From Candidatus Bathyarchaeota archaeon (GTDB lineage Archaea; Thermoproteota; Bathyarchaeia; Bathyarchaeales; Bathycorpusculaceae): 64,000 nucleotides of DNA. The DNA lies in contig CAWGYA010000008.1 in the NCBI GenBank assembly GCA_963826715.1, positions 1,152,001-1,216,000 of the forward strand, read 5' to 3'. Position 1 is the stretch's first letter; each line of letters starts with the position of its first letter. This document shows, one piece after another, positions 51,983-62,406 of the stretch. A program made the translations under genes and the position numbers. Under the pieces are notes generated by a model. The model was not told the DNA's origin. It did not search any database and saw only the letters and a list, made by a program, of their open reading frames with translations.

Positions 51983-52854
51983 TGCTGAGCAGAATATTAC
52001 ATAAACTAAAACTTGATAACTACCACTTCCGCAAATTCAAGAACAAACTCTTCTATTTGATATGCCTCCTTTGCGTACTTATTGCAATAGTTCCGTTGCT
52101 TAGCATCCTCTTTGAAGTAATAGTGCGAGGTGCCCCTGTCGTAAACCTGAAATTTTTAACAGGAAACTACTTACAAGGCGGTATAGGACCTGCTATTCAG
52201 GGATCCCTAATTCTAATCAGTTTAACAAGTCTTATTGGAATCCCACTTGGAATATTATCAGGAGTATATCTGGCTGAGTACGGAAATAACAAATATGCTT
52301 CTTGGATGCGAACCATAAACGATGTATTAACAGAGTTTCCTTCCATTATAGTGGGTATCACAGCTTATAGTTTAATCGTCGTAGGGTTTATCCGCATGGG
52401 GTTCTCTCCCATCGCTGGAGCAGTCGCGCTTTCTTTCATGTTGATACCAATTGTAGCAAGAACAACTGAAGAATCACTTAAACTGGTTCCAAACAGTGTA
52501 CGAGAAGCCTCTATGGCATTGGGTGTGCATAGATGGCGCACAATTCTAAGTGTTGTATTGCCCTCGGCAAAAGGTGGCTTAATCACAGGCACTCTTCTCG
52601 CCGTAGCAAGAATAGCAGGGGAGACCGCTCCTATTCTACTCACAATCTTGGGAAGCAGCTTCTTCTTCCAAGGGCTAAGTGAGCCAATGGATGCTTTGCC
52701 TCTTAGAATTTTCCTCAATTCTCGGTTGCCCTCAGCAGAAATGCAATCTCAAGCTTGGGGTGCATCTCTAATATTGATCTTAATAGTTTTAGCTCTTAAC
52801 ATAGGCGTCAGATTAGCTAGCAGAAGTCGATATGGCGGCGGAGTTAAAAGGTGA
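51982..52854 (+). CDS. pstA: Phosphate ABC transporter permease
   Basis: PSIIVG, ARIAGETAP. Confidence 0.93.
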   Translation: MLSRILHKLKLDNYHFRKFKNKLFYLICLLCVLIAIVPLLSILFEVIVRGAPVVNLKFLTGNYLQGGIGPAIQGSLILISLTSLIGIPLGILSGVYLAEYGNNKYASWMRTINDVLTEFPSIIVGITAYSLIVVGFIRMGFSPIAGAVALSFMLIPIVARTTEESLKLVPNSVREASMALGVHRWRTILSVVLPSAKGGLITGTLLAVARIAGETAPILLTILGSSFFFQGLSEPMDALPLRIFLNSRLPSAEMQSQAWGASLILILIVLALNIGVRLASRSRYGGGVKR

Positions 52855-52859
52855 TATAA

Positions 52860-53627
52860 ATGGATTTAGAAAATGTGAAAATGCAAAGTGTAAATTTGAA
52901 TGCTTGGTTTGGATCAAAGCAAGCACTAAAAGACATAAACATATCGATAAAAGCAAATGCTGTCACAGCAATAATTGGGCCTTCAGGGTGTGGAAAATCG
53001 ACATTCATCCGTACCCTAAACAGAATGCATGAATTAGTGCCCACCGCAAAGATTTCAGGACAGATTATCCTCGACGGTGAAAATATATATGAAACAAACG
53101 TCGACCCAGTTATGATTAGGCGACGTGTCGGTATGGTTTTCCAAAAACCAAACCCTTTCCCAACTATGTCAATTTATGACAACGTCGCCGCCGGTCTAAA
53201 ATTAACCGGCGCCAGGAAAGGAAAGAACCTGGATGAAGTAGTCAAACATAGTTTAGAGCGCGCGACACTCTGGGAAGAAGTGAAAGAAGATTTAAAAAAA
53301 CCCGGCACTAGCATATCCGGTGGACAACAGCAAAGACTTTGCATCGCCCGCGCAATTGCCTTACAGCCCGAAGTTATCTTGATGGATGAGCCCACTTCAG
53401 CTTTAGATCCAATTGCCTCTGCCAAAATTGAAAGGTTAGTGGTCGAGCTTAAACGCGACTACACAGTTGCGATTGTCACACATAACATGCAGCAGGCTTC
53501 ACGTGTTTCGGATTACACAGCCTTTATGTATTTGGGGTCTCTCATCGAGTTTGGGCCAACCAAAGATATCTTTGAGTCTCCCAAAAATCGGTTAACAGAG
53601 AAATACATTACAGGAGAATTCGGTTAG
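52860..53627 (+). CDS. pstB: Phosphate ABC transporter ATPase
   Basis: [30 protein letters not shown]. Confidence 0.95.
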   Translation: MDLENVKMQSVNLNAWFGSKQALKDINISIKANAVTAIIGPSGCGKSTFIRTLNRMHELVPTAKISGQIILDGENIYETNVDPVMIRRRVGMVFQKPNPFPTMSIYDNVAAGLKLTGARKGKNLDEVVKHSLERATLWEEVKEDLKKPGTSISGGQQQRLCIARAIALQPEVILMDEPTSALDPIASAKIERLVVELKRDYTVAIVTHNMQQASRVSDYTAFMYLGSLIEFGPTKDIFESPKNRLTEKYITGEFG

Positions 53628-53639
53628 GGAGTACTAGTT

Positions 53640-54284
53640 ATGAGCAGAATAATTGACCATGGATTAGAACAGCAGATTGTTCTACTGACTCGCATGGGCG
53701 AGTTGAGCTATGAAACCCTTGTGCTTTCGATACGTGGATACCTTGAGGGCAGAAGCGTCCAGGAGCGTGTGGAGGAGATGTCGAGTTTTCTAGTGGTTAT
53801 GGCGGATAAGGTGGAAGATGAAACTTTCGAGTTAATTGCCCGTTTCCAACCAGTTGCCTCGGATTTGCGGGCTATCAAGTCATATATGAAAATTGCTAAC
53901 GATTTTGCACGCTATGGTCGATATGCTCTAGATATATCGAGCATTAACGAACAACTAGGCGGGTTAAAACATTGCGATGAGGCAACGAGAGATTACTTGG
54001 CTAACGTGAGCGAGAACGTTCTCTTTATGGTTAAAACCAGTGTAGATTCGCTGCGGAAACATGATGTTGCCCTAGCTAAAACTATTTCCCCCACAGAGCG
54101 CGAAGTGGACCAAAAGTACCTTGAATTCCTCAACAAAATATCTTGCCAAGAACAATCTGGCAGCAAAGGGATCATATCCAACGTGCTATTCATTCGATAT
54201 CTGGAACGAATCGCCGACCATGCAACCTACGTCTGTGAGTCAATAATTTACATTGTGACAGGCGAAAAATTAAGCCTAGGATAA
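53640..54284 (+). CDS. phoU: Phosphate uptake regulator PhoU
   Basis: QPVASDLR, LERIADHA. Confidence 0.92.
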   Translation: MSRIIDHGLEQQIVLLTRMGELSYETLVLSIRGYLEGRSVQERVEEMSSFLVVMADKVEDETFELIARFQPVASDLRAIKSYMKIANDFARYGRYALDISSINEQLGGLKHCDEATRDYLANVSENVLFMVKTSVDSLRKHDVALAKTISPTEREVDQKYLEFLNKISCQEQSGSKGIISNVLFIRYLERIADHATYVCESIIYIVTGEKLSLG

Positions 54285-54705
54285 GCAAGTAACAAGTAAC
54301 CCAACGATAAAACTGTGTGCTACCCTTTAGACTTGTTTCAGAGTTGCTGTTGTCTCCAATTATTTCGAACATCTGACCCTTCTTTTTTACAGTGAGGCTT
54401 AAATGTGAACTCTTCAGTTGAGAGATTCAGTTTTGTATTGAATTGATGTTGATTATACTGTTTTATTTCATGGAAAAACATGAATTGCCTCGTCTTTCCG
54501 CTTCTAAAAACCCACTTTTCCAGGCACAGCTCAACCAAGAATTAAGTAACGTTTGGCTCAAATATTCAGTTAGACTGTTATTTTTTTCTATAGTTACTTA
54601 AAAAAAATATTTCAAGATCAAAGCTTAATACGGTTATTCCGCTAAAAAAGTGGCGCCATAGTCATATAAGCCACTTCCTCCTTTTTTTGTTGAGGATAAT
54701 TTTGT

Positions 54706-55608
54706 ATGGCAATGCAAGCTGAAAATTTCAAAGTTCCTGTTGGAAAATTTATAAGCTTAAAAGAATGCGATTCAGGATGGGTACCGAAGTGGGCTAAAAA
54801 AGAGGAACAAAAAAACCACAAAACTCTAAAAAAACTGGCATTAGCTGTCCTTAATGAAAACCGCCAAAAACTTATTGCAAAGCAAGAGTTGCTGTGGGCG
54901 AGCGACAGCTATTCTATGCTCATTATTCTGCAGGGCATGGATGCTGCTGGCAAAGACGGGACCATACGTCATGTAATGTCAGGTGTTAACCCTCAGGGGT
55001 GCCAGGTTACAGGCTTCAAGACGCCCTCTGCTGAAGAGCTTGATCACGATTTTCTATGGCGCTATGTGAAGGCGTTACCTGAGCGAGGGCGCATTGGCAT
55101 TTTTAACCGATCCTACTACGAGGACGTTCTTATTGTGAAGGTTCGCCCCGAGGTCCTGCAGAAAAGTAAGCTACCAACCAATGACGAGGGAGGAAAAGAT
55201 TTCTGGAGCCACCGTTATGAAGACATTAACTTCTTTGAACGTCACCTTGTTCGCAACGGAACCATTGTGCTTAAGTTCTTTTTGCATCTTTCTAAAATGG
55301 AGCAGAAGGACCGTTTTCTAAAACGCCTGGATGACCCCGACAAAAATTGGAAGTTCTCTATAACCGATATCTCGGAACGATCAAAATGGCCGGAGTACAT
55401 AGCGGCATATGAGGAGATGCTAAACCACACTAGCACGGAGTGGGCACCATGGTATGTTATCCCCGCAGATAAGAAGTGGGTCACCCATGCCTCGATTTCG
55501 GAACTTATGGTTACGCAGATAGAAAAATTGAATCTTACTTATCCTACCCTGAGTACCGGCCAAAAAGACGCGTTGGAAAGGGCAAAAAACCAACTCGAAA
55601 AGGGGTAA
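54706..55608 (+). CDS. ppk2: Polyphosphate kinase 2 (class III-like)
   Basis: QGMDAAGKDG, FNRSYYEDV, KFFLHLSK. Confidence 0.93.
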   Translation: MAMQAENFKVPVGKFISLKECDSGWVPKWAKKEEQKNHKTLKKLALAVLNENRQKLIAKQELLWASDSYSMLIILQGMDAAGKDGTIRHVMSGVNPQGCQVTGFKTPSAEELDHDFLWRYVKALPERGRIGIFNRSYYEDVLIVKVRPEVLQKSKLPTNDEGGKDFWSHRYEDINFFERHLVRNGTIVLKFFLHLSKMEQKDRFLKRLDDPDKNWKFSITDISERSKWPEYIAAYEEMLNHTSTEWAPWYVIPADKKWVTHASISELMVTQIEKLNLTYPTLSTGQKDALERAKNQLEKG

Positions 55609-55615
55609 CTCCTCG

Positions 55616-57196
55616 TTACAGATTGGGTGTCACAATGCATTGAGCTTGCAGTTTCCGCTTAAAAGCTTCATAAAATGCTTGTCTATTCTGGTTGACGCTC
55701 CACTCCTCAAGGCTGCAGTCCGTATCCGAGTAGAATCTGAGAAGTGCTTGTTCTTTGCTTTCATTAACAAACTCAACCTTCTTTACTAGCCCGCAGTGGC
55801 TACGGTCAAGCTTTTCGGCAAACCTCAAAAAAGTGGAGAGTTCGGTCACAATCTCCTTGCTTGTATCATCCAATCTCTCTGCCTTCAGGGCTTTTTTAGA
55901 GGGCAGTTTTTTGCGGTGAAAGCGAGCAATGTTTGCCATTATCTGGATTTCTTGAGTGTCAAATCCAGGTAGCCCCGCGTTGCTAATGATGTAGTGAGAA
56001 TGTTGGTGGTGATTGTTAAATGACAGAAAGTCGCCGACATCATGCAATGCTGCGGCGTATTTTAGCATTTCACGCTCGCGATCCCCCATATTGTGCAGAC
56101 CAACCTGTTTACCGCTGTCGAAGAGTTCCAATGCGAGATCAGCTACGGTTTGGGAGTGTTTCTCGTCGAAGTTACATGACCTTCCTAAATGTAAAACGCT
56201 ACGGTTGCGCATGGGCGTTCTTTGTAGTTCTCGGAACCCCTCAAAGTTGGCAAGGTATTCGGCAAGTAAACCGTCTCTGAGTTCGCGGTGGCTAATATGG
56301 ATTTCCTCGAGACCGAACTCTTCCATGATTGCCTCAATAATTGCGGCGCCTGCAACTATGATATCTGCGCGGTCAGGGTTGATGGCGGGAATTTTTTTTC
56401 TCTCTCCCAAGGGCAGCCAGCAAAGTAAAGTAGCAACTTTTTTGAGATTTTTTCTGGTTAACAATAACTCCCCGCGGCCGTTGGTTTTTTTGAAGAGTTT
56501 ATTTGAGACCTCAGATAGGTTAATCATTGTTCCTGATGAACCGAAAGCTAATCTTGCCCCATACTCCAAAACCCTAGGTGTAATCGAGCTTATTTCTGCG
56601 AGGGCGTAGTCTTTAATCTTTTTATAGACCTCAGTTTTTACAGGTCCAATCCAGCTCTCCCCTATGAATTGCGTTGTAAGCCGAATTGCTCCCAATTTAA
56701 GGCTGTTAATGTAGAAACATTCATGCTGGTCGCCTATGGCTATCTCGGTGCTGCCGCCACCTAAATCTATGAAAAGAGCTTTTTGGTCACCGATATCTAT
56801 GCCGCTTGAAACCCCACGGCAAATCAGGCGTGCCTCGTCTTCGCCTGAAATAACGTCGACTTTGAGGCCTGTTTCTCTTTGGAGTTTGCTGAGGAACTCC
56901 TGTTGATTTTTTGCTTCGCGAATCGCTGAGGTGCCAACTGCAATAATCTCGGTGGCACCATAGGTTTTAGCTAGGGCTGCGAATTTACCACAGACAAATA
57001 TGGTGCGCTCCATTGCTTCGGGTTGCAGAAGGTTATCTTTGAATTCTCGCTCTCCTAGCCGCACTACTTCTTTTTCTTGGCTTATTGTTGTATAAGAGAA
57101 GTTTGGGTTTATTCTCACCACTAAAAGGCGAACAGCATTCGTACCGACATCAACAAAACCAACTACGCGTCCCGCGGCTTTTATGGTTGTTTCCAT
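55616..57196 (-). CDS. ppx: Exopolyphosphatase Ppx/GppA with C-terminal HD-like domain
   Basis: DVGTNAVR, TSAIREA, DLGGGSTE, RADII, LRDG, LHDVG. Confidence 0.93.
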   Translation of the reverse strand: METTIKAAGRVVGFVDVGTNAVRLLVVRINPNFSYTTISQEKEVVRLGEREFKDNLLQPEAMERTIFVCGKFAALAKTYGATEIIAVGTSAIREAKNQQEFLSKLQRETGLKVDVISGEDEARLICRGVSSGIDIGDQKALFIDLGGGSTEIAIGDQHECFYINSLKLGAIRLTTQFIGESWIGPVKTEVYKKIKDYALAEISSITPRVLEYGARLAFGSSGTMINLSEVSNKLFKKTNGRGELLLTRKNLKKVATLLCWLPLGERKKIPAINPDRADIIVAGAAIIEAIMEEFGLEEIHISHRELRDGLLAEYLANFEGFRELQRTPMRNRSVLHLGRSCNFDEKHSQTVADLALELFDSGKQVGLHNMGDREREMLKYAAALHDVGDFLSFNNHHQHSHYIISNAGLPGFDTQEIQIMANIARFHRKKLPSKKALKAERLDDTSKEIVTELSTFLRFAEKLDRSHCGLVKKVEFVNESKEQALLRFYSDTDCSLEEWSVNQNRQAFYEAFKRKLQAQCIVTPNL

Positions 57197-59493
57197 TCTA
57201 GCATCATTTCCCTGTCAAACGTTTTTTCAAACAAATCTTTCTTCTTATTAAAAGCCTGTTGTTCGAGCGTCAAATCTGTGTTAGTGAAGCACTCAGCAGT
57301 TACAGTTTTTGGAGTGACTCTGATACCTAAAATCTTGACTGCAGATTTGTGAGTGTAGTCTAAACTATCTGCGACCCGTAGTATAGCCGCTAGCATATTG
57401 ATTTTACGGAATATTTGGCGATTTAAGGGGGCAAACAGATATTGCCTTGGTGAGGGTAAACCTTTGCGGTGATATCTGGTGAGGGCTGCAATTATGCGTC
57501 TCTGACTGGATGAGAAAGGCAGCGCAGTGTCGTTTAGAATAATCTGGGCGGATTTTTTGTTGTGTTTGTTGACTCCAATTGAAAAGCCAATGTCATGAAG
57601 AACTGCTGCACATTCGAGCCAGCAGCGCTCCTGTCCACCCAACTTATGGAGAGATTTGACCCCATCAAATAGTGCTAACGAAAGATTAGTCACCTGCAAA
57701 TAATGTTCAATGTCTGGCCAGAGATTTTTCGAGAACTCTTCGCAGGCAATCACTATTCCCCTGCAATTTTGAACCATAGCCTTCTTATTGTTGCGGTCCA
57801 ACTTGAGGACTTCATCAATTGAAATTCCGCGGAGTAGCATCTGAGAGTAACTTTCAGGTAGTCCCTTATTTCGTAGTTCCTGTGCAGCATCCTCTACAGG
57901 GTAATCGAGCCTAATCAGTTGCACCCTAACAGGGTTAAAATCTAAAATAGCGTAAGCTGCTTGAGGGGTTCCATCACTTTGTCTACCCACACTTCCCGGG
58001 TTAATGAAGTGCACCCCGTTTGCTATCCTCAGAAACTGTTCATGGCTATGCCCCACTATAATGATGTCCGCGTCCACCTGGTCAGACAATTCTTTAAGCC
58101 GTGATTCAGGAGTATTATGATAAATATGTTCATTGATTGATTTTGGACTACCATGGGTTAACAATAACTTCTTATTTGCTGTCTGCAGCCTCATGGTCAG
58201 GCTTAGCACCTCAAGATAACTTTTTGAAGTGCTAGACAATGTTTTCTTTGCATATTCGAAAGCAAGATGTTTCTCGCTTTTGGCGTCGTTTTTGTTCTCT
58301 AAAACCTCTAAATCATAGTTCCCCAAAATGGAAACAACATTTTTTTGGCAAAGCATCTCCACGACTTCGTTGGGACTGGCTCCATACCCGATGGAGTCAC
58401 CAGCGTTCAGGAATACTTGTACACCCCGCTGCTCCGCATCTTCCAGTACCCTTTGCAGCGCTGGTAGGTTCGCGTGGATATCAGATAATATGGCAACTCT
58501 AACATTCTGCATTTCCGGTTTTTCTTTATTTTTTTCTTGAGTCATTGACAAGACGATGAGGCTGGTGGTTTTTCTAATTTGTTCAAATAAGCCGCTGTTA
58601 TTACAGGTGACCCAGAGTTCAACAAATCTGTGGTAATGATCCTCTTTTTTCTGTTGAATGTAAGCGGAGAAGTTCTCCAAAGCCTGATCTAGGGCGACTG
58701 TGTCAACCTTTACTCTATTTTTTTGGAATTTAGGTATGCATTCAACCCAAACCGTGCAGTCATGGAGCTCACCGAGTTCATCTTGAAACATTTTTATGAT
58801 GTCTATTTCTTTTTTGAGCTCATTCGGGTAAAGGGATGCAAAGATCTCCATAGTGTATCGAAGTTTCTTGGCGTAAATTCTCATTTTATGATGCTGAGGA
58901 TCAGCGCCTTCAATTTTTACATACTGTTGCATGGACAAAAAGTTGTCGAGTCTCTTGGAAATGTGCCGCTGAGCTTGCTGCGTAACCGCTATCAAATCGG
59001 AAGCTATGTGGGATTCAATTACTATCTGTTTGTAGACTTCCCGGATGTTCCCTAGTACTGCTGACGCCTCAAGTTCATCCAACCCATTTTTTACAGCGCT
59101 TTGTATATTTTCTCGGCTAGTTTTTTGGTCTTTAAGCAGCAATAATATTGCTGACTTCTCAGTTGGTGAAGTCAATTTTTTAATATACTGCTCAATAAAC
59201 TCGATTTGTACATCGAGATCTCGGACGCTTGAGAGCAAATGTGTAATCTTTTTTATTTTTTGTGTCCACATTTTGAATTGTTTTTTAGATAAGCATTCTT
59301 GAAAAATTGGAAGCGCAGCCCTTAGCCGACGGGAGATTACCCGGGTTTTGTGGACATATTCGATGTCCCTATCGGCGATTACTCCTTCAATTAACTCGAA
59401 AAAATTGTCTGTTAGTTTTAGGATGATTTCTGCGCCGAATCGGCAGTAACTATTGTCAACTTTACAGTTTTTGTTTTTGTTCGGCGTGTTCAT
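57181..59493 (-). CDS. CHAD - metallophosphoesterase (YfcE/MJ0936-like) - Ppx-type HD three-domain fusion
   Basis: CHAD HKTRVISRR, RDLDV, HKMRIYAKKLRY, QDELGELHD; MPP SDIHAN, GD, GNYD, HG, GHSH, NPGSVG; HD LHDIG, RYHRK, ADSLD. Confidence 0.9.
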   Translation of the reverse strand: MNTPNKNKNCKVDNSYCRFGAEIILKLTDNFFELIEGVIADRDIEYVHKTRVISRRLRAALPIFQECLSKKQFKMWTQKIKKITHLLSSVRDLDVQIEFIEQYIKKLTSPTEKSAILLLLKDQKTSRENIQSAVKNGLDELEASAVLGNIREVYKQIVIESHIASDLIAVTQQAQRHISKRLDNFLSMQQYVKIEGADPQHHKMRIYAKKLRYTMEIFASLYPNELKKEIDIIKMFQDELGELHDCTVWVECIPKFQKNRVKVDTVALDQALENFSAYIQQKKEDHYHRFVELWVTCNNSGLFEQIRKTTSLIVLSMTQEKNKEKPEMQNVRVAILSDIHANLPALQRVLEDAEQRGVQVFLNAGDSIGYGASPNEVVEMLCQKNVVSILGNYDLEVLENKNDAKSEKHLAFEYAKKTLSSTSKSYLEVLSLTMRLQTANKKLLLTHGSPKSINEHIYHNTPESRLKELSDQVDADIIIVGHSHEQFLRIANGVHFINPGSVGRQSDGTPQAAYAILDFNPVRVQLIRLDYPVEDAAQELRNKGLPESYSQMLLRGISIDEVLKLDRNNKKAMVQNCRGIVIACEEFSKNLWPDIEHYLQVTNLSLALFDGVKSLHKLGGQERCWLECAAVLHDIGFSIGVNKHNKKSAQIILNDTALPFSSSQRRIIAALTRYHRKGLPSPRQYLFAPLNRQIFRKINMLAAILRVADSLDYTHKSAVKILGIRVTPKTVTAECFTNTDLTLEQQAFNKKKDLFEKTFDREMMLEWKQP

Positions 59494-61600
59494 GCCAGAT
59501 TCCTCTGTTTTGGATTAGCCAGAATTGTGAATTAAGATTATTTTCACCCGATTTTGGGATGACTCTCTGGTATGTGCCATTACAGAGCAGTCTTCGTGCC
59601 TTAACATTGTCACGTAAATGGATTTTTAGAATGTCATCGAGAATTGCTTGTCGAATCCCAGGGTCAGGAACACTGAAGAGTACTTCAACCCGTTCGTTGA
59701 GGTTTCTATACATCAAATCGGAACTGCCGATAATAACTTCGCTGTCTGGGCCATTCTTGAAGTAATATATTCGGGCGTGCTCAAGAAAACGACCGACGAT
59801 TGAAATTACTGAGATATTCTCGCTAACTCCTTTGATTCCAGGTTTGAGGCAGCAGAGCGCACGGACATTGAGTTCAATTTTGATTCCAGCCATTGATGCA
59901 CGATAAAGAGCTTTGATTACATCTTTCTCTTCGAGGTTGTTTAGTTTAAACGCTAAGTACCCTTTGCCTGTTTGCTGATGAAACTCTATTTCGCGGTCTA
60001 TACGTTTTAAAATTTCATTTTTGAGTGTTTTAGGTGCAACGAGTAGGTGTTTGAAATCTTTCTCTTGTAATCCATTGACTAGTATGTTGAATAGTTCCTC
60101 AAGCTCAATGCCTACGTCATGTCTTGCGGTTAGATACCCTATGTCGCCATATATTTTAGCAGTTACTGCGTTATAGTTACCTGAACCGATATGTGAGTAA
60201 CGGACAAATTTATCTTTTTCTTTCCGTACAATCACGCATAATTTCGCATGGACTTTGAAATTCGGGAAATTATAAACTGCCTCAATACCTGCTTCTTTAA
60301 GTCGGGATACTAACAAGATATTGTTTTCTTCGTCGAATTTTGCTTTTAATTCAACAACTGCAGTGACTTTTTTCCCGTTTTTCCTTGCCTCTATAAGGGC
60401 ATCCACAATAGGCGATTTCGCATCCATGCGATACATCGTAATACATATTCTCTCCACAAAGCGGTCACACGCTGCCTCCTTAAGCAAATCCACAATTATT
60501 TCAAAGCTGTCATAAGGATGATAGAGTACAATATCACGTTTGGAGATAATCTGGAACAGGCTTTTTTCAGGAGTAAGTAGCGGCGTGATGGAGGGTAGAA
60601 AACTTTTATCTTTAAGGTCTGGGCGGTTCAATTTATGCAACTGCCAGAGGTCAACAAACCCAAGCGGACAATCAAGGTCGTAAGTTAAATAATCAACTAA
60701 CCCAAATTGTTTTACCAAGGCTTCTTTTATCTGAGGGGGCATGTTTTTATCGAATTCAAGGCGGCTGGGAAAACCTGTTTTCCTTTTTGAGAGTCCTTTC
60801 TTGACGGAGGCAAGAAAATCTGAGGATTCATCCATCAAGATTTCGATTTCACTATTGCGCGTTAATCGGAACGAATAGGCTGCTAAACTTTGCTCGTTTG
60901 GGAAAACAAGGTCCAGGTTGGACGCTGTAAGATCTTCGATAAAGACAAATTCATGTTGCATGTTCAATTTCTGCCTAAAACTGGATTGCGGAATTTCAAT
61001 TAGACGCATGAATTGCTCGGTGGGCAATTCGACCATGCAATAGTCTCCATTGTCAAAACCGTGAACGCAGAGGGCAACCTGAAGGTTCTCAATAACGGTG
61101 GTTTCCCAGTTTTGCCTATACACCTTTATGTTTGGTAAGATGTTTAACTGAAGGAGTGTTCGAAGTTTTTCCTTTTTGTTATCCGGTAGGTCTCGGAATT
61201 TTCTTATAATTATTTCTTCTTTTTCCAGTCTGGGCAACAACTCGTTTTTCCAGCATTCTGCTTGTCTTTCAATTAGTGTCAAAATCTCTATGCGAGTGGT
61301 CTCGATTTGCTCAATAGGCGTCATTCCATCCGTGGATTTTTCTTCAGGGACCTTTTTAATTTTCTTCATTAAACGCGCTATTCGGGTCATAAAAAACTCG
61401 TCAAGGTTGCTACCGCAGATAGCCAAAAACTTCACTCTTTCCAGAAGTGGATGCCACTCATCACGCGCTTCCTCAAGAATGCGTGCGTTGAAGCGAATCC
61501 AACTTAGTTCTCTGTTTATGTAATAACTGGGATTATCCAGTGATTTGTCTATAGTTCTGAGGCTGTTTTTTTCTGAATTGCAGATAGATGCGGCTGACAA
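59462..61600 (-). CDS. ppk1: Polyphosphate kinase 1
   Basis: NRELSWIRFN, NLDEFF, HPYDSF, ELKAKFDE, KVHAK, RFLEHAR. Confidence 0.95.
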   Translation of the reverse strand: MSAASICNSEKNSLRTIDKSLDNPSYYINRELSWIRFNARILEEARDEWHPLLERVKFLAICGSNLDEFFMTRIARLMKKIKKVPEEKSTDGMTPIEQIETTRIEILTLIERQAECWKNELLPRLEKEEIIIRKFRDLPDNKKEKLRTLLQLNILPNIKVYRQNWETTVIENLQVALCVHGFDNGDYCMVELPTEQFMRLIEIPQSSFRQKLNMQHEFVFIEDLTASNLDLVFPNEQSLAAYSFRLTRNSEIEILMDESSDFLASVKKGLSKRKTGFPSRLEFDKNMPPQIKEALVKQFGLVDYLTYDLDCPLGFVDLWQLHKLNRPDLKDKSFLPSITPLLTPEKSLFQIISKRDIVLYHPYDSFEIIVDLLKEAACDRFVERICITMYRMDAKSPIVDALIEARKNGKKVTAVVELKAKFDEENNILLVSRLKEAGIEAVYNFPNFKVHAKLCVIVRKEKDKFVRYSHIGSGNYNAVTAKIYGDIGYLTARHDVGIELEELFNILVNGLQEKDFKHLLVAPKTLKNEILKRIDREIEFHQQTGKGYLAFKLNNLEEKDVIKALYRASMAGIKIELNVRALCCLKPGIKGVSENISVISIVGRFLEHARIYYFKNGPDSEVIIGSSDLMYRNLNERVEVLFSVPDPGIRQAILDDILKIHLRDNVKARRLLCNGTYQRVIPKSGENNLNSQFWLIQNRGIWHEHAEQKQKL

Positions 61601-61887
61601 GGAATTATAACCCGCTTTTATTCACTTTTTATATTAAATCAATAATAGTAAATAATAGAATTTGTGGCTTATCAAGGAATCCATTAAAAATTGATTTTGA
61701 GGGGGATTTTTTATCTTCAGCGTTTCTGCTTCCGGGGCAAATCGGAAACGTTGACGCATTTTAACTTGCAAACTTCGAAGGTTTCATATTTGAAAAGCAA
61801 GATGGGTTTATGCATACTCTATCGCTTATTCTTATTTGATGAACATTTATCTTTTAAGGACTCTGAAAATAGACTCTATAGCTATAA

Positions 61888-61900
61888 ATAGTCTATATAG
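61888..61900. promoter_or_regulatory. Putative Pho box 2
   Basis: ATAGTCTATATAG within an ATAG array (61869, 61878, 61888, 61897), between ppk1 and ORF 61938. Confidence 0.5.
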
Positions 61901-61937
61901 GAACGGTTAAATTTGGCAAGCGCCTCACATAGAAGCC

Positions 61938-62396
61938 ATGAATTCGCTCACTTTAAAAGAAAAAGGCTTCAGTGACCCTGTTTCCATAAAAGAGCTAAAT
62001 TTCTCCAGCCTTCCATACAATAAAAGAAGCATCCTAGTTTTAACCGACAAAACTCTTACTGGCAAACCCGCCTCTGATATACTCTACATCGGTAGAACAA
62101 AAAAGCCAATCAAACGAGTTTTCGTAGGCTATCTATGCGGCATTGGTGGAAAAGTAACCCGTAAAATCAACAGACACCTGTTAAACGACGGATATCTCGA
62201 AAAAGTTGCTTTAAGTTATATGTTAACGAGCACCCCAAAAACGACGCAAAAAGAGTTGCTCGAGAGCTTCAAAAAAGAACATGGTGAATATCCAATCTGG
62301 AATGCCTCCAAAAATCCCCCAGCTTCTGTAAAACCCGCTCCTAAAGCTGTGCTACGCGCCCGTCCTACCCGCAAAGCCGTCAAGCCTAAGGCTTAA
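61938..62396 (+). CDS. Basic GIY-YIG-fold protein, probably nuclease-inactive, with Lys/Pro/Ala tail
   Basis: LYIGRT...KR and ELL..F...HGEYPIWN retained; first GIY reads SIL and the catalytic Glu position appears to be Gln. Confidence 0.6.
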   Translation: MNSLTLKEKGFSDPVSIKELNFSSLPYNKRSILVLTDKTLTGKPASDILYIGRTKKPIKRVFVGYLCGIGGKVTRKINRHLLNDGYLEKVALSYMLTSTPKTTQKELLESFKKEHGEYPIWNASKNPPASVKPAPKAVLRARPTRKAVKPKA

Positions 62397-62406
62397 ACTC
62401 CTTTTT

